This document shows positions 1 through 15,100 of a stretch of 64,000 nucleotides of DNA, piece after piece. The DNA lies in NCBI RefSeq assembly GCF_964355755.1, contig NC_092673.1, positions 30,997,648-31,061,647 of the forward strand, written 5' to 3'. The DNA is from Antedon mediterranea (lineage: Eukaryota; Animalia; Echinodermata). The notes beneath the pieces were generated by a model, which saw only the letters and a list, made by a program, of their open reading frames with translations, had not been told where the DNA came from and searched no databases. Position 1 is the first letter of the stretch. The number at the start of each line of letters is the position of its first letter. The translations under genes were made by a program, and so were the position numbers.

Positions 1-437
1 CTGTTATTAGCCTAGCCTTAAGCTACCAATACGTTGCTAAGAATGGATGATCGCTTTATCTTGCACACTTAGTATTTTAAGTGCATACTCGATAAGATAT
101 ATCACTTAATTCATGAATAATTAATGTTTTAGAAGAGAAAGGAACTTAATCAGTTAATAGTACCGACGTGTAATGAAAAAGAAACGCATTCTTAATACAT
201 GTAGATGTTAAATATAATTAAAGATACATTTGAGGCAAGTTAGTTTTCTTTGATTCAAATTTTCCTTGAAGTCTTGAAAGAGGAATACACCGCCAACGCA
301 AGAACGTAAACGTAACGTAAGCGATTTAACAAATCATAGGCGATGGATTATTCGAATTGTCGGTTGCCAATGGTCAACCCGCTTGTGTTGCGTCCACGTC
401 CTTGTGTTGCGTCTACGTCCTTGAGTTGCGTCTCTTA

Positions 438-616
438 AGCTTGGTTCCCACTAGAACGTAACGCAAGGACGTAAACGCAACGCAAGCGTTTTAACCAATG
501 ACAAGCGAAGTTATAGACAGTTAGCAATCACAAGCGAATAAGCCATCGCTTGTGATTGGTCAATTCACTTGCGTTGCGTTACGTCCTTGTGTTGCGTCGC
601 TAGTGAGAACCACGCT
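438..616. mobile_element. 179-bp MITE family B (TIR AGCTTGGTTCCCACTAG), nested in older copies spanning about 290-712
   Basis: TIRs visible; nearly identical to 23629-23807. Confidence 0.85.
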
Positions 617-1639
617 TAAGTGTGAACCACGCTTAAGTGATTTGAGCAACATCAAGTGCTGGATTATCATTGGTCAACTTTCTTGCTTTGCGTCTAGTGG
701 GACCCAATCTTAAGGGCAGTCCGCCGATATCACTCTGTACCTGTTTTTAAGTATCTCTTTCAAAAATAAATAGGTCAACTAACCATAGTTAAGTCTTATA
801 GAATTATGATTGTTATTTTCGTACAAAGAACAGAACAGCGAATTTCAATACTTAAGAAAATGACAATTCTTAACTTTTATCAAAATCCTCAGTAAAACTA
901 TATTTTGAACACTGTTATGACAGATTATGTCTGACACTAGGAGAGAAAGAATAGGGGGGGGGGGGCGGAGGAGTGCCTTATAATTAAGTAATGATGCTGC
1001 TGCAGGTGTAGTGGAAAAAGAAGCCTACCGGTGCATTGGTGTAACAGCCTATTAGATCCCTTCACAGAAAAGAAAAACAATTATAATATTAGGCCTAAAT
1101 TTATTCAATGCCTAATAAAAACCATACGATTAATCACTCGTCTAAAAAGAACAAGAAGTAATATTTTCCAGAATTAATTACCCCATTAGCGTTGTCTCAT
1201 CAAAGTTACGGTAATACATAACACCAGTAGCAGCCGGTTAGTCATTAAAGAGAGATGTATTTACCTCTTACCTTTAACAAAAACGATTAAATCCTCGTCT
1301 TTCGCTCTTTTGAAAAGCAAGAAGTAAAAATCCGGAATACATCACCCCATTAGTGGTCTCTTGTCAAACTTACGGACACTAACGCTAAACTAATGCTGAT
1401 AATCTGATATACAAATGTCCGTCATGTTGGTATGTGTGTATGAAGTGTATTGTCCTAATTGAGCGAAGAAGGTTGTGTACGATTTTCTTTGATATTAAGG
1501 ATGACAAGCGTTGCGCACTTTTATCGAATGAGGGTGCTACATACCTATTAAGAAAATGCTATGCTACTGAGATGCGAAAACCTGTTTTTTCGTATAATAA
1601 TGATGGTGTCTTTTCATTGTTACTGATTTCGAAGATTTA

Positions 1640-2050
1640 CATCCCCTCCTCATTTCCATGAAAATTAATATGTACAGGATCAGAGAAGTGCGTAAATTAC
1701 ACTTGAAAGAAGACAGCCAACAGACAAGTAGAATTCCAAAACACTGATGAAGATCAGGATGGCTCAAAAGAGATGGCTTTAACATAGAGATACACAAACA
1801 CGACAAAACTTATTTTGGAAGCTAAATCAGCAGTAGTAGACAACAGAAGATGCACTTACATGGCGACCAGAATGGAAAAGGAGAAGCAGACTTAACGTAA
1901 TGATGAAGACCATGATGCCATTGAACAAGAGAAAATATAAATAAGATTGGATCATGGATGGAGGCAGAAACAATGGCAAGAAACCGGAGGAGAGATGGAC
2001 AGAATATGTTATATGGCCTATGTGCCACAGGACAGAAAAGGACTAAATGC
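1640..2050 (+). mobile_element. Degenerate 3' end of an RTE-clade LINE
   Basis: Frameshifted remnants ALTWRPE.KRR, GSWMEAETMARNRRRW..YV, GLCATG, resembling the RTE C-terminal W.P.GKR...A.DR..W...V..LC pattern. Confidence 0.55.
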
Positions 2051-2879
2051 GGAAATTACAGAGACAGTCTACTTAATCAATTTCATGAAAATTATTTAAC
2101 ATTTAAAAACCCACACGCAAAGATAGGCCCTTCTCAGCACTAATCTAGAGAGATTTCTCCTGGATGGTATTTGCATTGCTACCAATGCCTACCATGACTG
2201 AATTTAGGCCTAGGCCTACTATAAAAAAAAATAGGATACTTACTTTCAATTGGAGAAAGAATTACAGGCGTCGTTGGGCCTGTAACGCCAAATGATTTAG
2301 TTTTCCTGTTCTGAGACCAACAAATGAAACTCATCAAAATTTTAAAAAAAAATTGACTATTAATATTTATTTTAATTGTTGCATATACTGATGACCACCA
2401 GAAACTTGTACACAGTAACACATATCATGCCGCCGACGTAAGTGTGAATCCTATCCTAATTAAGTCAAGAGAATTCTATTGAAAACAATCTACCATGGAG
2501 TCTTCCACTTCAATACCTTACTTAACATAGAGCCATACATAAATACAATGCATTCATTTACGTTTATAACCCCTTAACAATATTGTGTATCTTTTTACAA
2601 AAACAATATTTTTCGAGAAATATTTTCAACACAATCGTCTCCGAGCGGCCCAATATAAAATGCCTCAGGCTCTGTCTCTTGTTTAACAATTCTCCGTCAA
2701 AAATTCAACCTATTTCTAAAAGAAGGAAGACTTAATTATTGTTTCATTTACGGTTTGTTACAAATATAATTAGCAAAACATATTATTTGTTTTAACCTTT
2801 TTTTATTCATTAATAAAGCTGTAATTACTTTATTAACATGTACATTGTTTTAAATAATAGTTAGAAATAGAAGAAAAAA

Positions 2880-3180
2880 AATAATTCGAAATAAAAGTTT
2901 AATATCACCGCGAGTTTGTAACCGCCAGAGACAGTGTATGACCACTAGACAGGTTTCGTTGCACTCTGACATAATTATGTACAAACTTTTTTATTCAATT
3001 TGAAATAACTTATAAGTTAAATTTATCAAATAATGCAGTTGTAATAATTTAGGAATTAAATATTTAAATTATTTCTTTGACGTGTAAGTTGTTATATGGT
3101 AAATACATTCTTTTTTTTATTTTAATTCAAGAACATTTTGTTTTTCGGGAAGTTCCAATTTCGACAAGATGGCGTCATCT
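2880..3180 (+). promoter_or_regulatory. UBR4 promoter/5'UTR region with a YY1-type motif over the start codon
   Basis: CAAGATGGCG at 3165-3174, a CGGGAAGT ETS-like site just upstream, and CpG retained locally. Confidence 0.45.
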
Positions 3181-6100
3181 GGAGACGTTGATTGGGGTGC
3201 GGTACAAAAAGTACTTATTTCAGCATCTCAGTCATCATTTAAGACCAGTGACATACCAATAATTGTTGATTGTATCTTTAAAAGGTAGAATTTTAAAACT
3301 TTTAACTATATGTTGATAAATTCATTGCAAAAAAATGTCCGTAAATCCTAGGCCTAGTTGGTCGAAGTATACTCGGAAGAAATCGGGCAGGTTAGCGGGA
3401 TACCGCTCTGTTTCGAGTCAGTCCGCCCTGATCTTGGCTAATCTAGATTTTGGCCTAGCCAAAAAAAGATTTTTTTTTAATTTACTACCGGCAGAAAAAC
3501 AAATATTTAAACTAGGCCTAATGATGTAGGCCTATGGGTATTTAAAATTATTATTATTTTGTTTATGCTTTTTTGTTGTGTGTGTATTTGCTAGCTAGAG
3601 AGGCCAAGCAATAGTTTAGTATTGGTTTTAACTTTTTTTGTATTATTAAAAAATGGTGAACAAGATTAAGAAAGAAATGAAAATTATTTTTCCAGTGAAA
3701 AAGAATTACTTGATCATGAGGACAAATATGAGAGTTTCTATTCCTGTGTGGTCTCGTTGTCAACACATTACATCACAAACTGTGCTTATTGCTGTGAGTG
3801 TTTACTTCCTTGATGTATGTAGTTTTGTTCTGGCCAAACAGTTTTCTCATCCAGGGGGTTAATAGTCTGTCAAAAATAGAAAAAAAAAAAAATATTTAAA
3901 TTCAACTTAGGTGGAAGGAGGAATGCGCACCTAAGCACAACCCTCCGCCCTGCTATCACCTGGCTCATAAACCATGGGTGTTAATACTCATTTCTTTCAA
4001 GTAATAGCACCTTCCAAGTCTCCTAGAATGTCAATTGTTCATGTAACATGTCTTTTTTTAGTGTTCGCCAATCAGGTTGCAGCGAAATAAAGACACCTGT
4101 TATAAAAAGTGTAACTATGTAACAACATTAATAGTAAACTGTAGTTAATGCCTTTTAAATAGGATATCAATATTATCTTTTGATTACCGTCGTTACTCGT
4201 ACCAAATAATTTGTTAGTATAATTCTTAATTTATCAGTACCGAAGTCAAAGCTAAGCCGCATAGTAAGTGCAAGTCACATTCTTATGAATTTCTGCTTGC
4301 AACGAATGCTCAAATATTATGAGTTCTGTGCAGTGTCTCAGGTAAGCAACTTTCTATTTAAAAAATGACACATGAATTAATTTAGTTTAAAAAACTGTAT
4401 TAATTTGAGGCTTTATTTAGAAATATTCTTCATTGAAAGCCCTTTATATTTACTGTCTACATGTCTGGGTTCAGTTTGGGTTTTCATTTGTCTTTATTCA
4501 GTACTACTGTACGATTCACATTGTTTACTGTATAATATTGAAAACAAAGAGGGCTTGATTATGCCAGCTACCCTTTTGCTATGCATATTGTTCTGAGCCC
4601 TATTGTATACATATCTGTTGATCCATGATGCAGTACATTATTAGTAACTAATTATAGGTTAAAAAAAATCCATATTTTATTTCGATAGTGTAGAGAGAGT
4701 GTAGAAAGAAAGAAAAGATGTTCAATTGATAAATAACTTTGACTTGTGATTTACAGAGAAACCTGATGTCTTTGATTGAGGGCCTGTGCACTGGTAGCGG
4801 ACAACTTCAAAGGAGTAATATCATCACATTAACAGCAATGTTAAAGTCATCCCAGATGCCTCCTTCATCGTCAAAGTCAAAAGCAATGGGTAAAAATCAA
4901 ATAATAAGATTATTTTTAAATTGTTCTTTATAATAAAAATTATAACCCCAGGAAACATCTCGCAATACAATTTAAAAAAACAAAACAAATAATGTAAAAA
5001 GAAATCTATAAAAAAAAATCTTACTACACAAAAATAATATAAATTTACTTCATTTAACCCAAAATTTAATTTACACATGGTATTTCTCTCCATTGTTTTA
5101 TTTTTTAGCAATTTCTTAAAACTTTTTAGGCTTGTAACATAGTTTACGATTCCAATCTTGTGAAGCTTGTTTAAAGTGTGAGCAAAAATAAAAATGAAAT
5201 CCACCACCTAAAATAGAAACAAATATTCCTTATACCTATACAATATACAGTACCTATTATGAAATTGTTTTGTTGATTGCTGTGTGTTTATCTGTTTTCT
5301 AAGTGGCTTGGCTTTAAATTTCAGGATTCTTGGTTCAAATAATGTATGAGTCAATTGGTTTTATTATGTATATAAGTTTATATGAATTTGTGTATTTGCA
5401 TTTTTCATTTGACTTTAGACTCGTCAGCGCTCATCAAGGTCAGTGACATCAAGTCTCAATCCCAAACAGAGTTCCTTGAGACTCTGATGTCATCCTTCAC
5501 AGAGATCACACCAAACAGTGGCAGTATCAGTGCAGTAAGAACCCGAGTGGAGAACATCAAAGAAGAGCAGGTAAAGTAGTTTTAGAATTAAGGAGTTTGT
5601 GAAAGACGTGACAGAAATAGAAATGCATTTAAATATATATACGCATGTTTATAGGGTCTTTAAATTATTGTGTGAATGTATCACCAACTTGCGCATTTCT
5701 ATCTTATTTGGGTGCACAACCGGTTTAGTATAACATCGTCAAGTGTTCGAGCCCCACTCGATCCATGGTTCTTGTGGTAGACCACGTCTTCTCGGATAAG
5801 GACTATGAACCGTAGATCCAGTGTACACAAAATGCTTATGTGCACTTTAAATAAACCTAGTACATCTTTTGAGACCCCAGTTTTCTAGTTCCTATTTCAT
5901 CATAAATCAGCAGCGCCCTTACCTAGTGTATCTGTAATTTTAAACAAGTTGATATTTAATCTGTTTTAATTATACTGTATTGCTGTACTCAAAATAATGT
6001 TTTAATATGTTTTTTTCTGTATAGGAGGTGTATGAGAATGTTTACCAACAAGGAATGAACATAGATTCTAAGACATTCTTTGCTGCCAGGAACATTGACA

Positions 6101-9100
6101 ACCTCCACTCTTTAGGCGGAGGCGACATCCTCATGGATGTCTGCCTAAATCTGTCATTCCTTCTGCGCTACATTGGTTACTATCAAGATGCTGTGAAGGG
6201 TAACCAGTTCATCTTGCCAGGAACCATATCGGAAGTTGTGTCAATGAAAAACAGGTTTGTATATTAATTAATGGATAACAAGTAACTTTGAATTTTGTAT
6301 TGCTCTGAGACAAACAAACAAAGCACCTTTTTTGTGCCATATGTATATTAGGCAAGATGCTCCCATTGCCTCATCCTTCAGATATGACATAAAGCCATTA
6401 GTCCTGTGTATATACATTTCACATGTACATGATAAAGAACATGGTACACTATTCAAAAAGAATATGGAATCATTGCTTTGTGTGCTGATCATGATCCAAT
6501 ACTGGCCACTCTGGAGTACAGCCTTGGTGTGAAAGGTCACCCAGTATTGGGCATCCCCAGGATAATGAAGAAATAAATACCATCATCACTTTCTGGATAA
6601 TTTTATACCACACTCTGTTATAAACTCACCACCTTGCTTTTATTATGAATCATTACATTTTTCAATTCATATCTTCTTTTTTTTTTTTTTTTTATCAGCT
6701 ATCAGTCTTTGTTAAATGACATGTCAATCGTTTCACGTGTTCTCTCATTGCCAATCCTTGAGCCGTTAACTCCTGGTCATCTTGAGAAACTGACCACTAT
6801 CATCATGAGCTGTCTGTATGCAGCTGTGGCAGCCGTTTCATCCCACACAATCCTAAACATTGCCAGCGGTCACCAGATGAAAGGCATGCAAGGTGTAAAG
6901 GACAGTGACCATGAGCAACATGCAACACTTATTGTACAGAAAGGGGTATGTTTGTTATTCTACAATACCATGCGAGTGTCTGTAGCTTTGTGGTAAATCT
7001 TGGTTTTCTAATCTCGCGTTCCTGGGTTCAAATCCTGTTGCATGTAAAGTTTTTTTGCCAGTCATCGTAACATTACTACGAGTTGGGTTAAGGTTGAAAA
7101 TAGCAATAATGATGATCGAGTCGGGCCACAAATATTTTACACATTTGTATGCGATCGTTCTTGGTTTTCTTGATTCTATCGAGCATTGCTGGTGACACAC
7201 GGACCTGAAGTGTTGTAAAACCAAGGCCGGCCACGCCGCATGAAAAAGTTTCAGGTTTTCATGCTTCAACCCAGCTAATATCTTATGACTTGTTTAAGAC
7301 TTTTTTTGTTTCTGTAGAGCATCTTCCGTATTAGGTTCTAGAGAACAGAATTGCCACCTTTGTAAATCCTTGGAAATTTGCCTAAAAATAAAAAACCAAA
7401 GCAACTTAATATTCATATATTGGTTAATTTTTTATTTATTTGTTTTTAGCTTGCTATGTTCAATACGTTGTCAACAGCCATACAAGCTTCTATTAGAGCA
7501 GGAGGACAGGTACGTTTTTGGCATCTTATTAATACATTTCAATACAAAAAAACTAACACTGATAAAATCAATTGCTTATATATGTTGATCATGATTTCAG
7601 AATCTTCAAAATCTTAACATGCTCGGATCATGGTGTATCTTCCGTGGACTGGAACACATTCTGAATCTCAACGCAAGTACCATCATGGACAAGAAAGAGC
7701 GAGAAGGTGGTTCATCACCTTTACCAAAGTCTGACAAACCTCCGCCACTGAAAACTAAAGAGTCGGGGACAATTAGGCCAAGCTCAGCAAAAGGGTAAGA
7801 ACAATAGTTTGTGGGTAAGAGTATCTAGTCATTGGTGTGAATACAGTAGAACCTTTTCTTTGGGACACCCATATTTGGAAGGCTGCTCTTATTTAGAGGA
7901 CACTTTCTGGTAAAATGAACAAAGAGCAATATGTTTTAACACTATTTTCAACCACTATTCACCAAACACCCGGCCCTGTTAAGCAACCCTGTCACATAAA
8001 ACAAAAGGACAATATATGTTTTGACACTATGTCCAACCACTATTTAAGGAACACCCCTATTAAGGGGATACATTGTTGGGTCCCAAAATTGTCTCCTTAT
8101 AAGTTGTACTGTAAAATTATAAACTGGATTTAGAAATGGAATAATCAATGTTTTCTTTTTCTAGGCTCCAAGGGTTTTGTAGCCTAACAGTAGCCCTAGC
8201 CAACAAAGGTATAACTCTTTTCAAATCATTGATGGATGATCTACATATTGAGAGTCTGACAAAGGTAAGTTAATTTATATAAAAAGACTAACATAATGTA
8301 TCCCACCATGAGAAATAAAGTGGAATAAGGAATATATTTTTCAGTGATTACATAAAAGTAACAGATTTAAATTCTTTTTCTACAGGTCAGTCAAAGGTTA
8401 AATGAGGTAGCAGAGATAAGTATTGCTCCACAGAACACAGCCAGTATGCGCATAAAAGCAATACTTGAAGGAGCTGATGTTATCAACTTTTTATTTGGTC
8501 TGTTTATATCAGGCTATCGTAAGGTAAGTTCTTCAAAATGTACTCTCCAAGAATATTTTATATAGATCATGTCATGATAACACTGGTGGGGATTGTTACC
8601 AGAATCTAGTATTTTTGTCACATTGATTGGAGGAAAGCTATCACGATAGTAATGGTTGTGTACAGGTTTTCAATATATGGTGCAGTTCGAGATCTGCTCC
8701 ATACAAATTTATATAAATATGCTGACACAATACATACATACATAATGAATCTGGCAGAAATGTGGGCATTCCACTGCTTAAAGCTCTGTCTATACTATCA
8801 AACTACAAATATGTTAGTGATATGCCCAAATATGGTAGTTATATGACAGGTCCATATATGGGCACATCACATTTTTTTGTCACATAAAGTTTGATAGTGT
8901 AGACAGAGTTTTACAACATTTAGTAGATGGGTGGATCCTGGATTTTGAGATAGGGGTCCCAAACATTTAGGGTGGCCCAGGATGTGTGGCTCTGTCGGTG
9001 CCAGTTCAGTGTTGGAGTCATTATTTGAAATAAGGGCGCCTATGGCTTAACAATTGTCAAATTAAGCACTGAACTTAACATAATATTATTAATTTAAAAA

Positions 9101-12100
9101 TCAGCCCTTTTTTCCACCTATGTATGGTGACACTCTGTTAAATTGTGTCATGATGTTAACAAGAAAATGACTAACAATTTGTTTCTGTGTGTTCCAATAG
9201 GCCTGCTCAATCGTGCGTAGCAAAAAAGACCAAGCAGGAACAACAGACGAAAGTTACTCTGATAGTAACTCAGAAATCAACGAGGATTACGAAGATGAAT
9301 TCAGTAGTTCAGAAGACAGTAGCGAAGGTACAGTACAACACCTGCTTGAGAGGACACCCCAATTCAGAGCACACCCTATTAAGGGACACTTGGTTTGGTC
9401 CGGAAGGTCTCCTCTTAATAGTGGTCCTACTGTATTTAATTTCAAATTGATGATATCTATATATAGATTGTATTTACCACAAATCATCAGTATTATCAAA
9501 AAGCCCCTGTTTGGTGGCAGAACTCGACATGAAGTAGGAAGTTGTGGTATGTGTTGTCCACCTGTGCACAATTCAGCCCAGTAGGCGGCAAGAAACATGT
9601 TATTCAACATTTACAAATGAAAATTATATAATAAATAATAATAATTATAATGTGTTTTACTTAATTTCAGATGACGATAGCGAACCTCTCTTGGGTCAGT
9701 GGTTCCAGGACAACCTATCCCCCAATGAGGATGCTAAGGAAGTACCCCCTCCACCTCCACTCCCACGTGCACCAGGAAAGGGAGAAGACGGAAAAGCTTC
9801 CAAGTCTGACTCTCCTAACATCATGGACCTGCCTGACACAGAAGAACCTGCAGTGGTAAGTGTAATATTCCCACCGTATGTAATTTAATATACAACAATC
9901 ATTCTTTTAATTATGCATATTGACATGTTTCATTGAGTCGGATTTCATGTGATGCAGTCTATGAAATGAGTCTCTTTCATCATCTATTTTGTGTTCAACA
10001 TATCATATACTAATCTTTCTTGTACATGTCATTATATAGTCCTAATTTATTATTTCCTTTTTTTCAGTATCTTAAGTTGTCCACTGAGATACTTCAGTTT
10101 ATGACTGCCTATCTTCTTAAATCTGGAAATGAGTTTATCAAAAACTATTACAGGTATGTCTAATAATTCATCTAACTCAATATCCAAATCTTTTGTTCTT
10201 TTTTTTATTTAATTTTTCATAAAGAACCCAAAGTTTTCTTTATAATAGTGATAATTATTTGTTTAAATTTTTAGAATATATCTAACGGATACTCATTTGA
10301 TGAACTTAGCAGGAGTGATTAAAGATCTTGACAAAGAAATGCTGAAAATTGACCATGGTAACATGCTGTAATTTTTTTTATTAATATGTGTATTTGCAGA
10401 AAATAAAATATTTAATTATATTACAGTACTCAATTCTTTAGTGTGGATTTATATTCATTGAAAATTCATTTTTTAGGTTCTGCTATGGAGGAGTTCTCAT
10501 CAGCTCTTTCCAGATTCAGTCATTGTCTGCTGGCCTCTGGGGTGCTTTCAAATGCATTACAGGTAACAATTACTAACAAACAAATAAAGTTTCTAAGCTT
10601 TGAATAAGAATATTAAATAAGATTTGTTTCTTTGTACAACTTTAATCCAGTACAAATTAGAATTAAATTAGCAATTTTTTTCCCTTTACTGTGCAGAATA
10701 TCATTGTGAGAATAGTTCCTTTGTATCTGTCAGGGTAGTATAGTAGCACTATGTCTACCCTATATCAATGCGCTTCACATGCGGTCTACTATTTTGTACC
10801 ATTTATCTTTGTCGTGAGCCATGTGTGTCTCAAGTGGGCCTGTGTTAATTTAATGCTGTTTTCAAGTCATCCCGTATCATTTTGTCCATATGTTCTTCTT
10901 ATATCTGCCATAAAACATATTTTATCAGTAATTATATACATAGGTTCATTATATTTGTCCTTTAGGATTCATTCATGACACACCTAGGTGTGCTCCCTAC
11001 CACAGAGGGAACCTGTATGCTCAACATACCTCCACGTACCCTGTCAGCCATGGCTCATGTCCTACTGCTACGAATCAAGATCAACGGCGACTCCAACATT
11101 TGTGTCGCCCTATGGGATGCGATGTTGAACACGCTGTTACAGAAGGTTGTGTCAACGGAAAACATTGTTGATTCTGAAGGTGCAGTTATAAAACATTCCT
11201 TTAAAATTGTTCATTTAAAATTGTTCATCTTCAATATTTTTAAGTGTCTTTCCGGCGCCAGAAAATTAAATTGAACATCAATGTTGAGTTTTCACGTGGC
11301 TACACGCATATCTATTTCCGCATAAGTTCGTAGAGTGTCGTGAAAATGAAACATTGATGTTTGATTTGTCAGTGTCAGACAGGAACCGTGTCGGAACAGA
11401 TGTGAAAGACCCTTAATACAAGAGAAAAATAGCATGTGACAGCACAATATCTAAGTCATCATTAGATATCTTATACAAGAATTTCTTTCAAGTTAGGAAG
11501 CCAAACTGTACCCATCATAAATAATATTTTCATAATTATAAATAATAATGCATTATTATTTTCATATTGTAATTAAATTAAATTTTCTTATCTATTTTCT
11601 TATATTTTTTAAGATGTTAATGTTGAGTACATGCAGTTACTACTCTTCATGTTTCATAGTCTATCAGCGTCCATTCAGAAACGACTTTTCTTGAAAACTG
11701 CCGAATGTCTTGTTAAGGCATCTAAGATTAAGTAAGTTGCTAAGACCAACCAACCTTTCTACTGTTGGAATAAATAAGAGATTTTCATTGAAGGAATATT
11801 TATTAAGTTTATTTTTAATCATTCAAACAAGTTTAAAGTGCTTTTATCTTTCATTGTTGTAATTGTCAAATTAATGATGCATTTGTTTATAATTTTATTG
11901 TTTCAGGTCACTTGAAGAGAAGGTATCCTTTGCTCTGGTTCGACTTGTTCTTATCTTTGAGTATTTTGTACATCGTTACTCAAAGCCATCAACTGCATTG
12001 TTTGAAAATGTAAGCATCTTTTATTTTCTCAATTAAAAGCAATGACGGTAGAACGCATATTAAGAAGACTCCTTCAGGTTCTAACAAGTGGTTCCCGTAG

Positions 12101-15100
12101 TGAGGATGTCCCCTGAATAATGTCCATAGTGTTAAAACAAATATTGTTCCGTGTTCATTTCATAGAAAAGTGTTGTCTTAATAGGGATGTCTCAAAGATA
12201 GGATTCTACTTTATTTATTTACATTTATTTGATAAAATTACACCCATTCACATATTTGGCCATTAAAACCATACTCATTCAATCATTCATCAGTGGAAAA
12301 TTACTATTTATTGTCATTTGCATATAAAACATACATAGAAATTGCTAAAACAATTACAAAGTGTCACATCACTCTCGTACGGTATACTGACAAGCATTCA
12401 GTGCCCGAATGGCATCTTTATACTACTGTACTAACCATTGATGTCAATTAAAATATTTTTTACAGAGTTATTTTTAATCTTTTTTTTCTCACTTGACAAT
12501 ATTTTCTTTTCTTTTATAGATTCAGTGGAACATATTTACAGTACAATCCTCAGACCCAGCATATATGTTATACCAAGATGAGAGTGGTGGTGTTGCCATG
12601 ACAAAGGTATACAACCCATGCAAAGAGGTTGAAGACAACTATAGAAAAGCTTGTAGTATTGGAGCACCAGCCACTGACATTACAGGTACTTATATATAAC
12701 CTGGTATATCATTATCATCTTCCTATACTGAACCTCATTTGAGTATAGTACCTAGTACATCTTTCAAAAGTAGGAGTTCCCCAGGTGTACTAGTCCACAC
12801 ACCCACAGCCACTGTCACCCACAGCCACTGTGCAATTGGGACTGGACCGTTCCAGAGGTTTTGGTCCCATCCTTCACTAATGTATAAAAAGTTGAATACA
12901 TTTTTTCATATTATTGCAATCTATATGCTTGCTTGTTTATCAAATTTACCTATATTAAATATTTGTTGGTTGGTTTGGTGCAGGAACATCTTTCAAACGA
13001 ACCTTCTATAACTTGGTGCTTTCCACTGTGACTTCACAAACGCCACCAAAAATGGACAGGAAGGTAAGGACATTTTTTTCTGCATTTAATTTAGGAATAT
13101 TTAATTATATTTAAAATTTATACATACATGCAATAAGTGATACATCTGTGATACTGTTTTAAAGTACTGGAGTTGTAGCTTGGTGGTTAAAATGCTTGCG
13201 TTCCAATTCCAATCCTGACCTAGTGCCAGAGTTGTAACTCACGACTCTTTCAACTCCACTCCTTAAGCCTCTAATCAGACATAATTTAAATGCAAGATAA
13301 ATCAAAATTTTCTTCTGAAACTGGACAGATAATGCGGAGATACAGTACAGGGAATCAAGTGAATATACACACTCAAAAATACCCAAAATGAGGGCTTAAG
13401 CTATCAAATGTTCCTTTGGGAATTTATTGATATTTGTTTACCAACAGGCATTTCAGATAATGTTTGACAGCAGCTTTGACTACAGTGAAATGTACAGTGC
13501 CCTCATCAAATTGCTTGGAGCTGGTTCGAAATGTCAGGTTGTGCAAAGCAGCAAGGACACCAGGATGACTTATATGGTAAGAACCTAGTCTGGTACATAC
13601 AAAGTCTGAAATAAGGCATGCAATGGAAGACTAGTAATGAGTCAAATGAGAGAAAACAACGGACTGGCATAGACATTACTGTTTTTATCTTTATGCAAGG
13701 TGTATCCTTGCAAATTGATTGGTTAATTTTGTATCGCACACATTCTCCCATTTCAAGACTTTTGGTACTATTGTACGTTTTTGTAAAAATGTTTAGATTT
13801 GTGTGTGATGCAGTAGACTGGTGAGTGATGCACAATTGAATGCCTGTTGTGTGCGCCATTTATAACTGCTCTATTTCACAACCTGAGCGCCTCCATTTAC
13901 AAGGCCTAGCCTTCGACATTTTGAAGATGGAAACATCGGAATAATTGACTAAAACATATACATTCATTAGTTGTATATTATAGTATGTTTTTCATTATTC
14001 AGGAATCCAGTACCCTCCACTACAGTTTTGTTGTCTGTTGGCGATTGCTAGGCAACTTGCCACCCTCGGTTGGCTTTATCAAACTACTAGAGAGTCAAGC
14101 TAAGGGAAAAGATCAACCAATGTCCCTGACAGAGATACAGCAGTCTTTGCGATGGATCCCTAGGCTGGCTACTGACGTGTATAAGGTTTGGGTGAAGGTA
14201 AGATCTTCTTTTGACTAATATAGTAGATTAAAGTGAAGCTCTGTCTAAACTATCAAACTAGTTTGACAAAACAAGTGTGATGTGCCCAAATATGGTAGTG
14301 ATATGCTTAAATATGATAGTGATTATGACATCATCATGTCTATATATATGCACATCACATTTTTGTGTTACATAAAGTTTGATGATAGTGTAGACACAGC
14401 GTTATACTCTTTTCACTGCCTGGAAAACTCTTTACACACCTTTGCTAGGTGGTGAGAAAAGAGAGCTTAAACTAGTTTAGAACACTTTCTAGTTGTTTTA
14501 TATGACCATAAAGAAAATAAAGTACAATAAAATATTTAATATACTTTATAACCAAACTCATGTGAACAGATGCTTAAATTTATGTTGCGTTCGTCCATAG
14601 GAAACATTGTGTGAACAGAGATTACCAGCATCTGAAGCCAACGTTCTGCTAACTACAATCACCAATGGTTGTAACTGTGTTGAATTTGAAGTTAAAGTTG
14701 TCACCAACTTCATTAAGGAACATGTAAGTTTCATTTAATTTACTCATTGACCCTCCCACATTTCCATTTTTAGTTTCGCTAATCATGTTCATATCTTGAC
14801 CCTTTTAATGCTATTGCACCAACACTTCTATGAAGATGTCTGCAAATAACAGTGCTGTACTATGTACATAATCTTTGCGGCACAGTGTTAACCAAACATT
14901 TGAGGAAGGCAATAGCTCAATCAAAAAGTTTAGGAGGCGTGGAACTGATCATGTCACCTCCACAGATAAACCCTTTAATCTCCGGAACTCAGCTTCATGT
15001 TAGATTGCCTTTATTCAACTAAATATGGATCAATAACAACTATACAATTTTTCTTTTATGCATAGTTGGCTGATATTATCCCTGCCATTGAAGAAAATGA

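Noticed and set aside
1434-2421. Short ORFs upstream of UBR4 as an independent gene
   Set aside because: No coherent exon chain; part is a decayed RTE LINE remnant.
11920-11932. GTATCCTT U12-type donor
   Set aside because: Falls inside an in-frame UBR4 exon ([10 protein letters not shown]) bounded by normal U2 sites.
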